Of a DNA stretch of 64,000 bases, positions 48,972 to 61,296 are shown piece after piece. How positions within the stretch are numbered: position 1 is the first letter of the stretch; each line of letters opens with the position of its first letter. A program made the translations under genes and the position numbers. Below the pieces are notes generated by a model. The model did no database searches. It saw only the letters and a program-made list of their open reading frames with translations, and was not told the origin of the DNA. The stretch is from Massalongia carnosa (Eukaryota): the NCBI GenBank assembly GCA_965645245.1, contig OZ287083.1, positions 1,240,001 to 1,304,000 of the forward strand. Direction: 5' to 3'.

Positions 48972-50459
48972 TCAAAGGATTTCCATCGTTTCGGCCGCTG
49001 TGTTCGATGTGACCTGAGTTCCTGCCGTTAATGCTACGGAATCTGCACGAGGCCTACCCAGCACTGGTTTTGCTAAGGCCTTTACCATATTTTCAGGATT
49101 CATGATGCCTATATTAGCCCAGGTGGGTGCGTCGTCTCCCCGATGAGGGCCCGGGGGTGTGCCGGATGAGGGCGTAGCGTTGTGTATTTTTCTTCTCTTG
49201 CCGTTTACTATCTTCCACGTTGACGGAATTTCGTCCGTTTGTGTGACTATGGGTGTCGACTCTCGTTGAAGTTGAAATTGAAATGAGGGCGGTTGTAATT
49301 CGATTGCATAGAGGGGGGCGCGGTTTTGCATTGCTATTTCAGTTTTTCGCTTTTCAGCTTTTCAGACTTTGCATGCTGTAGACCATACTTCGTGTCCCTT
49401 CTCTCCGCATACGGCGCAACGGCGGTATTGACCCGTTGTCTCCAGATTGCATTCTTTGCTTTGATGTCCACCGGCGCAGTGACCACAGGCGGCGGGATTG
49501 CGGCATGATCTACCGATTTGTCCGTATTTTTGGCAGTTGAAGCATTGAGTCATGGTGCAACCACGTGTAAAGCGCTCGCAGTCCTTTATTTCGTAGCTTT
49601 CCATTAGGCCCTCGGTGATGAGCCGGTTAGCCATCTCGGCGGTGGCGACCTCTACATGAAGCGTCGAGTACGCTTTTTTCTCTCTGATGGCCTTGATTGA
49701 CCAGGCTACTTTAACGATCTTCAAGTTAGGGTGCAGGCGTGCGTTAGCGGCCTGAAGGTAGGTGATGGCTGTTGATTGATTGGCCACTTTGATGTTTTCC
49801 ACCCTGATTCCATTCGCTCTTACGGTGAAGGTGCGGGTGTGCACCGCAGTTGAGGCGGCCACCATGCAGGTCCAATCGGTCTTCTCCTGCAGGGTCTTCT
49901 TTGCTTCCAATGACTCTGCGTGAATCCTGATGTCGCCGTTTAACAAACGCGACACTCCCCTTATTCCTTCAGCTCCATTTTGTAGTGTTTCTACCAACTC
50001 CTTGGTAGGCATTAGCTTCATTTTTTCCTTGTCCGCATCCTCCGTGATGTGAACGGTGATTTCCCGGGCACGTCGCGCTTCTCTTGGTGTGGGTGCTTTG
50101 TCTTTGCGGGCCTGTTGAGGTTTGATGTTTTGGTTCTTTGGGGGTGCGGGCTCATCTCGGCCTTGCCCTGTGGCAGCAGCGGCATAGCTGCGAGGAGTGG
50201 TCTCATTGCGCTCTATGCGTGTCAATGATTGTTGGATTGCCTGTAATGTGTCACCTATGTTGTTGGGAGTTTCTGCAACTTTGTCATCGACTAGATTTTG
50301 CGCTTGCAAAATTTCCGCTGAGTTTCTCAGCAACTGCAACGCCTCCGGGTCACCAACGGTGTCCACTCGATCAAGATACTCCTTGATCTTTACGTGCAAA
50401 CCTTTCCTCCTTTCGCTGTGCGCTCTCGAGAGCGCGTTTGATTGTTCGAGTGTAGTCAT
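48972..50459 (-). pseudogene. LINE ORF1 (gag-like nucleic-acid-binding protein)
   Basis: SYAAAA, CFNCQKYGQIGRSC, CGHCAGGH, CAVCGEKGH..C; one in-frame TGA at 49362-49364 joins two same-frame ORFs. Confidence 0.88.
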
Positions 50460-51158
50460 TTTCCGATCCGATAAATCTTTTTATAGAAGAAAATGATAAT
50501 GATGATGAAGAAACGAATGACAGAAAGAAATAAATATCATATATCTCACCATAAACCAAACCCAAACCCAAACCCAAAGATATGCCCAAACGCGAGAGAA
50601 ACACAAAATCGAAAGCCTAAAGAAACGAACCCCCCAACAAAAAACATAAAAAATCTAACCCAACCCACAAAGGGAAATCGCAACCTCTCTATCCATCTAA
50701 GTAACCCAAAAATGTTTTTTTTAATCCGCTAGGTATATCTCGTGAATGAATATGTGCATATGGAACACAAAACCCCCCTCAAAAAGCACCAGAGTAATAA
50801 TGCAGAGAAACGGAGGAGGAATCGGAAGCGTGTACGGAGCAGAAGAAAGAAAGAAAATCAAAGCCGTTTGTGAGTGAGTGGAACTTGAATTGACTCGGTC
50901 AGTCTTGAGATACGCGATCAGGGCAAGATGGAGGAGTGGAGAAGAAATGGTCGGATTGGCTTTTTCTATGTGTTTCATCTATGAAGAAAAAAAGAAAAGA
51001 AGAAAAAAACAAAAATCCACGGTCGACTGACACGATCAGGGATCTATGATCGCTTGTCATCTATCGTCAAACCATTGCCTTTCAGGCGCTTCGCTGTGAA
51101 CAAAGCCAATAAGATGGCTACTGCTGCCAAACTAACGAAGCTGGCTTACCGTTCAAGA

Positions 51159-52336
51159 TCATAGAATCGTTCCAAACCTACATATCTCGTTAGCAAGCGT
51201 CTCCTCTCGATGCCTTGCAAGTATAGCTGGATAGCTAGACTCACCCAAATGTAGTCTTGATGCTTCGAACATAATACTCCCCCCAATTCCTCCTTGTCAC
51301 CTCCTCCTGCCCAAGCGGAACCCCATCCCACACCACCCGCATGACCGTCACAGCATCCCGTTCGTTCTGGTCGAAGTGGATCTCCAATCGGCTGTAATGC
51401 CCCTCAACCCATTGCGCCAGCCGCCACTTTTGCACAATCTTGGTCGGTTCCTTAAGCTCCATGAATTCACCGCTAACATTGCCGCCAAAAAGCTCAAACT
51501 TGCCGCCAACGTGTGCGCCTTCGAAGAGTTTGGGAGCCGCCCGTGTGAAAGCTGTGAGACGAGATGCGGTGGTGAAGGTAGTGTAGAGCTCGGCCGCTGT
51601 GGTTCGGAATTCCTCGGTTGAATTTACCGAGGTTGTATTGATGGAGGGTCCATTTGTAGACGGAATAGAATGTGAGGGTTTGGAGGAAGACGGTGCCGGT
51701 TTAGCGTTTGCTTGGGCAGCAGTGGAAGAAGTAGTAATGGTGGAAGCGGTGAATGGTGACGAGTTATGGGCGTGCTGAAGGTCTTTTCCGTGCTCTGCAA
51801 TGAGTGCAGGACCAAGTTTCTGAAGCTGTTGGCAGAGCTGTGGAGCGAGTTTAGAGCGTATTAGATCTTTGACAGGCTGCTTGGAGCTGGCATCGGAATG
51901 AATGCTGATATCAAACTAAAACAAATCAGCATGAGTACGGGGTTCTCATCAAACTTTAGAAAGGCATATAGGGAACATACGACGTACTCATCTTCCTCTG
52001 TATCGTGCGCCGCTTCCGGGATCGTAATGGTCCCGCTGACGCCTTCAGCGCCCTTAATCTTTCCTAAGAAGAGTAAATATTTGTAGTATTTAGCATGGCG
52101 ACGTCAACGATACCTTCATATTCTAGCTGCAGTTTGACGTCGTAGAGGGTGATGACCTTTCCTTTTCGCTGACTGACATCCACATCTCCATCCATGCTCA
52201 CTACCTTTGTCACTCTGGCTGCAACTTCGCCTTCTTCGGCTGATATGCCAATGAGATTTTTCTCTAGATATTCTCTAGCCCATTCCGAGACATCTTTGTT
52301 GACCCAGTGCCAGTTATTAGGGTTGTGGAGGACCAT
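51159..52336 (-). CDS. AHA1: Hsp90 co-chaperone Aha1
   Basis: MVLHNPNNWHWVNKD, VSQRKGKVITLYD, EHGKDLQH, FELFGGNVSG, KIVQKWRL, NWGEYYVRSIKTTFGFGTIL*; three introns. Confidence 0.95.
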
Positions 52337-52969
52337 GGTAGCAGTAGACTGTCTGTATGAGAAGCCAAAACCTTGACATATAGATTAGTCCGATGGGTAC
52401 CAACATGATTAAGGAATCTTCAAGAAGCTGGGGTAAGAGATCAGATAGGGAGATCTATGCTCCAGCAAAGCTAATCCGCAGCAAAAGAGTACAAGTCTTA
52501 TAGGACTGGTGCCAGCTTAATGATCTCATCATTGCAAGAGGTTTGGGGTGAAATCCATGCAACAGTACTCACAGTTTTTGATAATTTAGCAAAGCTAGAG
52601 ACAACTATCGCCGTGTAGTGCTGATGATTTTGACTGCAATATATGGAGGGATCATAGGTAGAAGTAGAAACATCTAGAATTTTAGAGTTGAAATGCCGAG
52701 ACGTATTCAGCCTTATGGGTTATGGGAATCAACTACTCCGTACTTGGTGAACAACAAAAACCCCAGGGAGGAAAAAGTATCACTCTCAAGTCTATTCAAG
52801 TTAAACTCTCAAACAGCACTTGTGGTCTTTGCGCCACATTAAAAACGCAAAAGGGGTATCTATAAGACATGACTTTTCTCGCCGTTGACTCCTCCTGAAC
52901 TTGTCTGCGCTGTGCATACTAGTCCATCCTATATCCACTACCAGCGGCCGACATTAGCATGCCTTAGCA

Positions 52970-55148
52970 TCAGAAAAAGAAAAAGTAGCATAATATGTGC
53001 AACATCAGTAAGCCAGTACTATTCTGACGAATTTTTGAGGAAGCCGATTTCTTCGTCAGGCTTGGGGTTGAGGTAGCAACAAAAACACCCGTTAGCACCA
53101 CCCCCGTCGAAGTCTCAGCAGCCCTGGTCCCGGATGGCATAGCCGACTCGGCCGGTTTGGACGGCATACTACCAGGATAACCTGCATCCATAATGATAGA
53201 CGAAGCAGGAGCCGAATAGTCGCTGGACTTGCTGTAGAAAACTCCATTGATAATATCGCCCTTCCCCCTCTGTATGAGTCCTTTTTGTTCGTCCGTACAC
53301 GAGCTGGCAATATTCCGGATATAGCACCTTGGCTCTAACTGACCCGGCAAAGAGTTAGTATACGTAGCGTTGGCAGTACCGTTGGAAGAATAGCTCGAGA
53401 GGTCCACCGGCATGCCGAGTGAAATATCGGTACCCATGATGATCCGAGTGAATACTGTGAAAGCAGTCTCAGGCTGATAGGCTGGCACCAGGTGGCCTGC
53501 ATCGTATATGCGGGAGAAAGAAAGGTTTCCGTACTGACGAACAGCGCCGCCAACATAGGTATTGTTGATTACAATGTCGGCATACCCAGCGGAGTAAAAG
53601 GGTAGATATGTTGGAGACTCTGCAGCAATTGAAAAAGACACTGCTTCCCCACCCACCCAGTTGCAGATGTAATCACGATCCCCATAGATCAAGGCAACAC
53701 GGACTCCCAGAGAAAGCAGGTATCCCATCTGGCTAATCTGATTACCGCGTTCGTAATCGCCAGTCTGTACAAAAGCATTGGCTACTGCGGTGTTGGTCTC
53801 GGTGTAGTTCACATCAACGCCGATGGCATCTTGCACGTCTGCAAGGTTAAGATACTCCAGGTAAGTGCTGGGAGGGAAAGAATTAGGCGTCTTTTGTGCC
53901 ATGTCGTACATATCTCTGCCGGATTTATGAAAAGGACCGAGGAGGTTGTTATTGCAACTAACTTGAGCCGTCTGGCATATTTGGTTGACGGTGGCTTCGT
54001 CACCCTCATTGGCGGGATCCATAGAAGCTACTGCACTTCTGCAAGACTGGATTAGCTGCTGACAGCCATTCGAGCTCAGAAAGCTGTCGGCTGAAGCCTG
54101 TTGATCTGCTAACGAGAGCGCACGAATGCCATATGTGTTGTTGTTTGCAAAGATTGGGTAAAACCGGCCCTGAATGCGGTCGTCTACGCATCCTTGCAGA
54201 ATACCCAGAGAAGTCAGTCGCAATTCCAGGGTTTTGTTCCTAGATATACCCCCAGTCCTTCGTAATTGATTCTGCTTCTCCCAGTGATCGGCGAAGGCAG
54301 GCCCATATTTTCCACCATAGCTTTCCGTAAAAAGATTGACGCCTACAACGCCAGACTGGTTAGTATTCCTAGTTCCGGGGTTGTACTGGGGAAATGTGCC
54401 AAGGAATCCCTGCAACATATGCCATATAGCATGTGCAGCAGTTTCGGTGGTATTCGCGGTTTGATTTCCATCGTTCGAACTAAATGTACCATTGAGGAAC
54501 GTATAGGCTGGTTGGCCTTGGGGAGCAACTGTAGGTGGAAAGAAGATGGTGGAGGAGAGAAGATCCAATGAACCATTCTGGCGGATATCGTAAGAAAAGC
54601 CGACTTCGTTAGGTTGATCGACATATAGAATATTCGAGCTTCGATCCCAACCCCAGTCCCTAGCTCTTGTTCCGAGTTTATCTTGAGCGATCTCTACGAC
54701 CTCGCAAGGACCGGTCTCAAGGAACAATCCAACCATGCTGCTACTCCCGGGACCTCCGTTCAAATATATTGTCAAGGGGGCTGTACTTGGATCCAAACGA
54801 GCCTCGATGAACCAGAAAAACGTATTAATAGCGTATTTTTGCTGTGTTGGGGCAAGTGTATCGGCTGGAAGCGATACATATCCCGTGTATTGCTTTTGGG
54901 TGGGAAAGACTGTGGCGCATGTACCTGGGGGTGGTGATTTGAAGCGTATCGTGATGTTTCCATCCACAGGAGAGGAAATTGTCCTAAATCCGGACTCTGA
55001 AGTGATTGGCGGGGGGGATTGGCTTGCTATAGGTGTGGGTTTGAATAGGTATATGATCAACACGCAGCGAAGCGTATTTGGCAGAGCATGGAGAAGCCAC
55101 TATCCTGGTCAGACTCGACAGACTTCCAAAGTTGAAAGGCCTTACCAT
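52970..55148 (-). CDS. Serine carboxypeptidase, family S10, secreted, probably GPI-anchored
   Basis: YLNGGPGSSS, YVDQPNEVGFSY, FTESYGGKY, YGDRDYICNWVGGE, DAGHLVPAYQP; ATG at 55148 then a short intron gives MWLLHALPNTLRCVLIIYLF; Ser/Thr tail with hydrophobic end. Confidence 0.92.
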
Positions 55149-56281
55149 TGTCAAAAGGCCTGCGGACGGACTTTGAAAAAGCCTACGACAGCCTTGGACC
55201 TTCTCAATACCTCCACCTCCTCTAAAGCCCAACCCATGCGAGCCTTTGCCTTTAGGGCCTGGCTACAATCTTCTTGTAATTGGACGCAACGTAGCTGCCT
55301 ATATTTCGAACGAAGCTGACCAGGACGTTGACAGATTTCGAGATAAGGAGAGTCGTAAGGCTACCGGGGGGGACAAGCTATTAATTGCGATCCTTCGGAA
55401 GTGGCGCACAGCCGCAGCAACAGTTGGTGTTGTGAAACGAAGGTTGCAAATATCACAAAACTAAAATAATCAACGCGATGAAAACGCAGAAAAAGAATGG
55501 ATTATATGGAATATCTATTAGGAATCGACCTGGCCTCTGGAAATCTGCTCCATAATAACGCAAATACGTTTTACGATTATAATCGGTCCAGTAGTTCACG
55601 CTAACGACCGTTTGCGCTAACCAATCGGGTATTTGTTAGTGTACTCCGTTCAGGAGGTCCGTCCCACCGTTGAAAGACTCATTAGTTCTGGCATAGATAT
55701 TGATATTCATTGATTTTGGTTCTAAAGTTTGAGTTGATGCAGTTCATGATTCTAAATTATAAAATTAAATTAATGCGTCAATCCATTTCGATATTATCCA
55801 ATAAGATGTAGGCATGAGAATAGGCGTAAGACAGGGCGACAATCCTCTTCTATGTTGTTTTAATCTCATTTTGTCATTTCACATGGCAAGATATACACTT
55901 AATCTTTTATGGGTATTTTTAAAAGAAGGTAGAGCACACGGTTCTTCTCTCTTGTTCATTACTTTGGTTTCTACTGCACCTCAGCACTCGGGCTTGTTTC
56001 CGATAGATACTGCCTATTGCTAAATCCAATACTGTTAAGCTTGAAAGCCATACTTTCATGACTAGGGCGCTAGCCATTTTATTAAGTTCCCAACTCACAG
56101 AGCTCTAGATTTAGGAAGAAAAACACTACGAGACTTGCTCGGTGGATCATCTATCATATGATATAGAGAAGTAGTATATTTTCGGTTACTTTCCGTACAT
56201 GTGTATTGTCTTTGATGATCTATCGCCTAGATTCTCTTTCCCTTAGCTCAATAGATCATTTATGACTGCTGAATATCTATA

Positions 56282-59200
56282 CAGAGGTTGACACCGAAAA
56301 TACGCTAACGTAAAGCTAATACTAGTGTCTTGGCAGATTATAGTGCCGAATTCTGGAATTTCTAGTCATCCACCTTGTCATCGCTACTAATACAGTCAGA
56401 TCGGGTTATAAGAAACTCCAAAATCGTAGCACCTAGGTTTCTTATTAAGCGAGGTTTCTAATATCAAAATTCTTGGCATATTTTCAAGACTATACCTATC
56501 GACTACCTAATGGCAAAGAAATCCGTCATTACAACTTGCCTAGAGCTAATCGCCACCGACCTCTCGTTGCTCCTCATATAACCGTAACGTTTCAAGAGCT
56601 CGTAGAGCGTCCTTGTTTTGAACACGTGATACAATGACCTCCTCCTCCTCCGTCTCGTATTCTCTTTCATGGCCATCATATATAGCAACGATGTGATCCT
56701 CCAAATCCTCTTCGGTATCCTCTACCACCTCTTCAACAGGGTTCAGAAACTCGTCAATACGCATGACGCTTTGTATATGATCACGGTCTTTCAAACGCCG
56801 TATTGTAGCTTGTATCTGTAGTCGTTGCTCCGTTTCTTGATCTTGCGTCCGAGTCTCATTGAGATAGTCATATTTCTCTGCCTCTTCTCGAGTCATTGGC
56901 CCATGTTTTGTCCCGATTACACGAGATTTCAGTCAACAATTAGAGATAGTTAACTGAGTAACACCGTAATTCCAGGCGGCTACGCATCAACGTATTGCCA
57001 TCAGTACGTTGATGGTTTTTAACGGCTCCCTATCTGCGTTGTATTCGGAGGTCATGTATTCTAGTCAGCGTCGTCTGTAATGAGCCTTGAAAGCGCCTAT
57101 AATACCCTGATCAGGCGGCTGGCATAAGCTGATAGCATTGACTGACAGAAATATAACGCTAACATGGGATAAACCACCTTCAGCAACTATGATATCCAAG
57201 CCGCTTTTGCTGAGCTGAAAAATGTCAATTAACAATACAACCTTACGACTTACGTTGCCATTAAATCAGCGTAAATACTCCCGAAATATATCGCCCGACA
57301 TCCAAGCTCTACTGTTACTGCGCCATATCATATGCAGGTTACAAGCGTGAACACCCTGTGAACCAAAAGCACGCGGATTTTTGACCGTCCCAATGAACCA
57401 TATGAGAAGCTTGTAAGTTCCAGTAGCATTGCAACAGAAATTTGCAGTAATTCTCGCTTTTTCCACCTTGCCGCCTGGGAGCTGTTCCGTAGCTAATGTA
57501 GTACTGAGTGTAGCCTTTCAAAATAACGCAGTTTCATCCATGTTGTAGATATCTTCCTGATCGTATGATAATAGCTGTACCCGTATTACTTCTAACTCTT
57601 CTTCAACCTCCACGCGCTTGACGGAATCGAGCTCGCCGTGTTGTTTATGTTTTGTAATCTTGTATCTTCTTTTGAAAGAATTCAGCCATCCAATAGAGAA
57701 CCTGAAAGAGGATTGATTACGGTACAGAGGCAATCGTTTCCAAAATTTCAAGGCCATTTCTCTTAACAAATCGCCCGACAAAGGCGCTCTTTTGCGTTGC
57801 ATGCGCTGTTGCCACTCAAATAAGGCCGTTTCTAATTCAGACCAATGTGCAGTTCGAATTTTCTTCAGATTCGGGCGTAGCAATGCGTGAGATGTATCCA
57901 GATGAGCCCATTTATGTGAGAGGATTTTGGAAACTTGTCCTTTGTCAATTTTATGACGGTAAAGATTGTCAAACCAAACGACCAGTTTTTCGTATTTCTT
58001 GTCATCTCCGGATACAGCAGGATCCTGCTAACGCTGTCGTAATGCTCGTCGTTGGTCGTCGATAAAGGCGTCAAGCTTTTTTCTGCTTCTCTCTCTGGGA
58101 GAAAGCGGGGATGTAGAACGTTTTCGAGGATTTCGAGATAGAGTCTCCGGATTTTGACTATTATAGCTCAAAGAAGTCCAAGGTTAAGTCATATTTACTA
58201 TAAGAAACCACCGCAAAATTTTTAGAAAAAGTTAAGAAACTTTCTAATAGAGCGAGGTTTCTTATCTCTCACCAGAAAAAAACCGGTCTTTTCGTCCGAG
58301 TTTCTTACTAGCCGAGGTTTCTTAATCAGCAGTTTCTTATAACCCGATCTGACTGTATTACTATTATCACCAGCTCGAAGGCCTCGTCGACCTCGATCAT
58401 ATCGTTCTTTTTGTTCTTCACTGATATAAAGACGAACTCCGCTTTCTGCTTCGGTGGAACCTTCGCGATATTGATTCCCACCCTTTAAAGCTATAACCTG
58501 CTGAATATGACGAGGTATGCGCCCAGTCCAGTGCTGAATACGTTTCTGGGGCAATGTCTTTTTCCAGCACCGAGTCCAACCCTTTTCCATGATGATTCTT
58601 TTCGTCGGACAGCCTCTTCGGGTGGTTTGTCGCTTCATCCAGGCCCAACAAGTCTCGATCATATTGAGATCAGGAGAATTTCCGGGCCAAATCAAGCGCA
58701 TAACTCCTGCATTCATAAATATCTGATCCTGATGTTTACAAGCATGACTGGGAGCCTTGTCTTCCTGTATCAAAGTGCCCGGACGATTTATCATGCAGTG
58801 AAGAGCGAAGGAAATCAATTTGGGAATTAATATGTGAATTTGATAGCGATACCAGTCAATTTTTCCTTTCCCATCTCGCTCCATTTTACCGTGAGCTTTG
58901 TTCCATGTCCAAGTGGGCTTTCGACCTCCAGGATTTCGTAGTCCCATTCGTCTTATTCCGTTGGTTAATTCCCATTCTTCTTTCGCTGCAGGTTCTGCAA
59001 TGTCGTTGAGTCGTTTTAAATGCTCAATTGCAGCCTTCTTTTCAGCAGCGGTCTCGTCTTTCCAAATGTGCATAGGACCTTTCTTATCATAACTAAAAAA
59101 GAACCCCAAAACATGAACTCCGAATATCCTTTCCATCGTCGACGAACGCAAGTTTTATTGTACAATTCGGTTGAATCGCGCCATACTCGTATGCATGCTC

Positions 59201-59899
59201 GACGAGTGCCCAAACAAACGCTTGTTTCGTCGGTCCAAATGACCTTCTTCCAGTCTTCGATCGTCCAGTGTTCATGTCGCAAGGCGAACTGATATCGAGC
59301 CTCCATCATTGCAGGAGTGAGACCGGGTTTTTTAGTTGTTTTACGCCATCGCAAACGATTGCGTTTTAGAACTCGAAGAATAGTTGTTGCGGAGACATTG
59401 TGCTCATATGCAAGCACTGCGGCTGGTTTTTCTCGACCATTTGCGTCTTTTCGAACTGTTGTCAAAATGTCAGATTCAACCTCCGAGGTCACCCTCGGTG
59501 GACGACCTGAACGAGGTGCATCTTTGACATATTCTTCTTTCATAACAGAAGAGACCTCCGGATCAAAACCTCGTTCTCTAGCTTTTTTTTCTCAGACGTC
59601 TGACGGTTATAGAAGTCATACCGGAGGCTGTAGCAGCTGCATCTATTCGAAATCCATGTTCAACCAAAGAAAGAGCCTGTAATCTTGCAGCTATTGTATG
59701 ATTTACTGTTCGTGAATCACCCATGATTATAGAAAATATATTATAGAAAATTTGATAATAAAACAAACATCAAAAGCTGAAGTTTCGACCTTGTTGTTAC
59801 CATTTTGAATGATCTCCCTATAGCATTTTTAACGCTAAATCTACGTGGCGTTTTTAGCCCGCATTAGCGTATTATCAGGACTTTCGGTGTCAACCTCTG
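56282..59899 (-). mobile_element. Tc1-like DD34E transposon with TA TSD, carrying a nested pogo-like insertion
   Basis: TA|CAGAGGTTGACACCGAAA ... TTTCGGTGTCAACCTCTG|TA; transposase pieces APRSGRP, WTDETS, QEDKAPSH, WPGNSPDLNMIE; two frameshifts in homopolymer runs. Confidence 0.92.
56393..58355 (-). mobile_element. Pogo/Fot1-like (CENP-B HTH + DDE_1) transposon, degenerate
   Basis: TA|CAGTCAGATCGGGTTATAAGAAACT 25-bp TIRs; subterminal GAGGTTTCTTA repeats; ELETALFEW, FSIGWLNSFKRR, YNMDETALF, RITANFCCNATG, AWM, QPPDQGII. Confidence 0.92.
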
Positions 59900-61296
59900 T
59901 ATTTGCAGTGAAATTTCATCGGAAGGGAAGGGGTTGAAAAAAGAACTTCATGGTTGGCAGTTTATTTGACTTGAACCATTCCCATACAAAATACATTTAA
60001 CGAGGTTGTATGAGGAAATCCGAGGAAGCAGCACTTTCGAATCGCCATAAAGAGTGTTAAACTAATTTCCCATTTCACGAGATTGAGAGGAAATCAGTAC
60101 ATACTGTGAGTCCTCCGTCTCCAGGGAATTCTGGTGGCATATCGTATTCAGTGATAATTTCCGTATCTCTCATAGAAGGTTCATGCAAGGGAGGTCGTCT
60201 CCTACAACAGCAGCCAGGTTATACAGACATAGATGTAGGCTTGCTTTTCGATGGGGGATTTCTTTCCACTGAATTCCCTTCACCGTTCGTACGTCTCTAG
60301 AAAAAAGAAAAACTTGACGTTGGACCCCATTGGCACCAGTGTAGAGTTACAGGGACGTACGTATCTTAGGATGAGACGTAACCTTCCACTCGGACGTGCT
60401 TATATCCGTAATCAGACAGCCAGTTAGCCACCAATCAAGCCTGAAGGAGTAAGCTGATGGACGATGGCGAATAGGTAAGTAGGAGGAGAAAGGCCGATGG
60501 AGTACTGCAATCATACTCTGCATATCTAGGGATTGCTCAGGAATGTAAAAATTGTACAAACTCGTTACGAGTTCTTTTGCGATTTTTGAATCAGTGTGAG
60601 TACCAAGGTTAGGTGTAGAGATAAAGTTCAACGAGGGTTGCCTGCATGCTCATGTGATAAATAATCAAGCGCAGAGCACCGCCCCCTTCGCCAAGATCGC
60701 CAAGAAGCGCCAATTGGTGGCTGAGTACTGGAAGCTTTCCAAGGCTTCAGGAAAGGGTTACGAATACCTCCTGAATTTTCACTGATCCCTAGTGATTTCA
60801 TCCTAGGTCAGGGAATCTTGAGTGCTTACGGTACTCCTCAGTCTATCGGTTCTAGAAAGTACGTACTCTATACCTTGGCACAAAGTATCTATACAGAGTA
60901 CTCCGTATTCCCGGACTGAAAGATACAGGTAATTTAAGCTCAATAAGGCTCATTCGCAGGTTACAGAAAGCTTCGTCACGAGCTGCTTCTGAGCAATCCA
61001 ACTAGCACCCGCTCACCTCTTCCAAAACCCTACCCAACTCTCAGTATTAAATCCCTCGACCGCCTTCACTCCTTTATTGTAGGGAGCATGTGTATGTACC
61101 GTGTTGAATAATCTGGCACGAGTTTTCTAATCCACTCTCATTTATTCAGCGTATAAATACAAAAAAGTGATGACATCTTGGCGTCCGTGGATATTTTTCA
61201 TTGTTCCTTTCCTTGTTGTACTTCCTGCGCAATCCTTTCGACTATGTGCATGCGCTCGTAAATCTTTTCATCGAGCAAGGCTGATTTTTCGCCATC

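Larger units (their letters stand above)
44279..48975 (-). pseudogene. LINE ORF2 (AP endonuclease - reverse transcriptase - CCHC)
   Basis: ILQYN, IQEPW, GDFNLHH, SDHVPI; KAPGPDGI, YRPIALL, DVAGAFDTV, PQGSPLS, GFVDD; TQIRTGKIGL..CSCG..HVIIFC; TAG at 47104, frameshift near 47058, insertion at 45501-46827; no RNase H motif seen. Confidence 0.9.
44042..50484 (-). mobile_element. Tad1-like non-LTR retrotransposon (LINE), mildly degenerate, interrupted by a Tc1-like element
   Basis: ORF1 with zinc knuckles, ORF2 with APE + RT + C-terminal CCHC; 3' end GAATA(CAT)n; 13-bp target duplication AGAAGAAAATGAT at 44029-44041 and 50485-50497. Confidence 0.93.
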
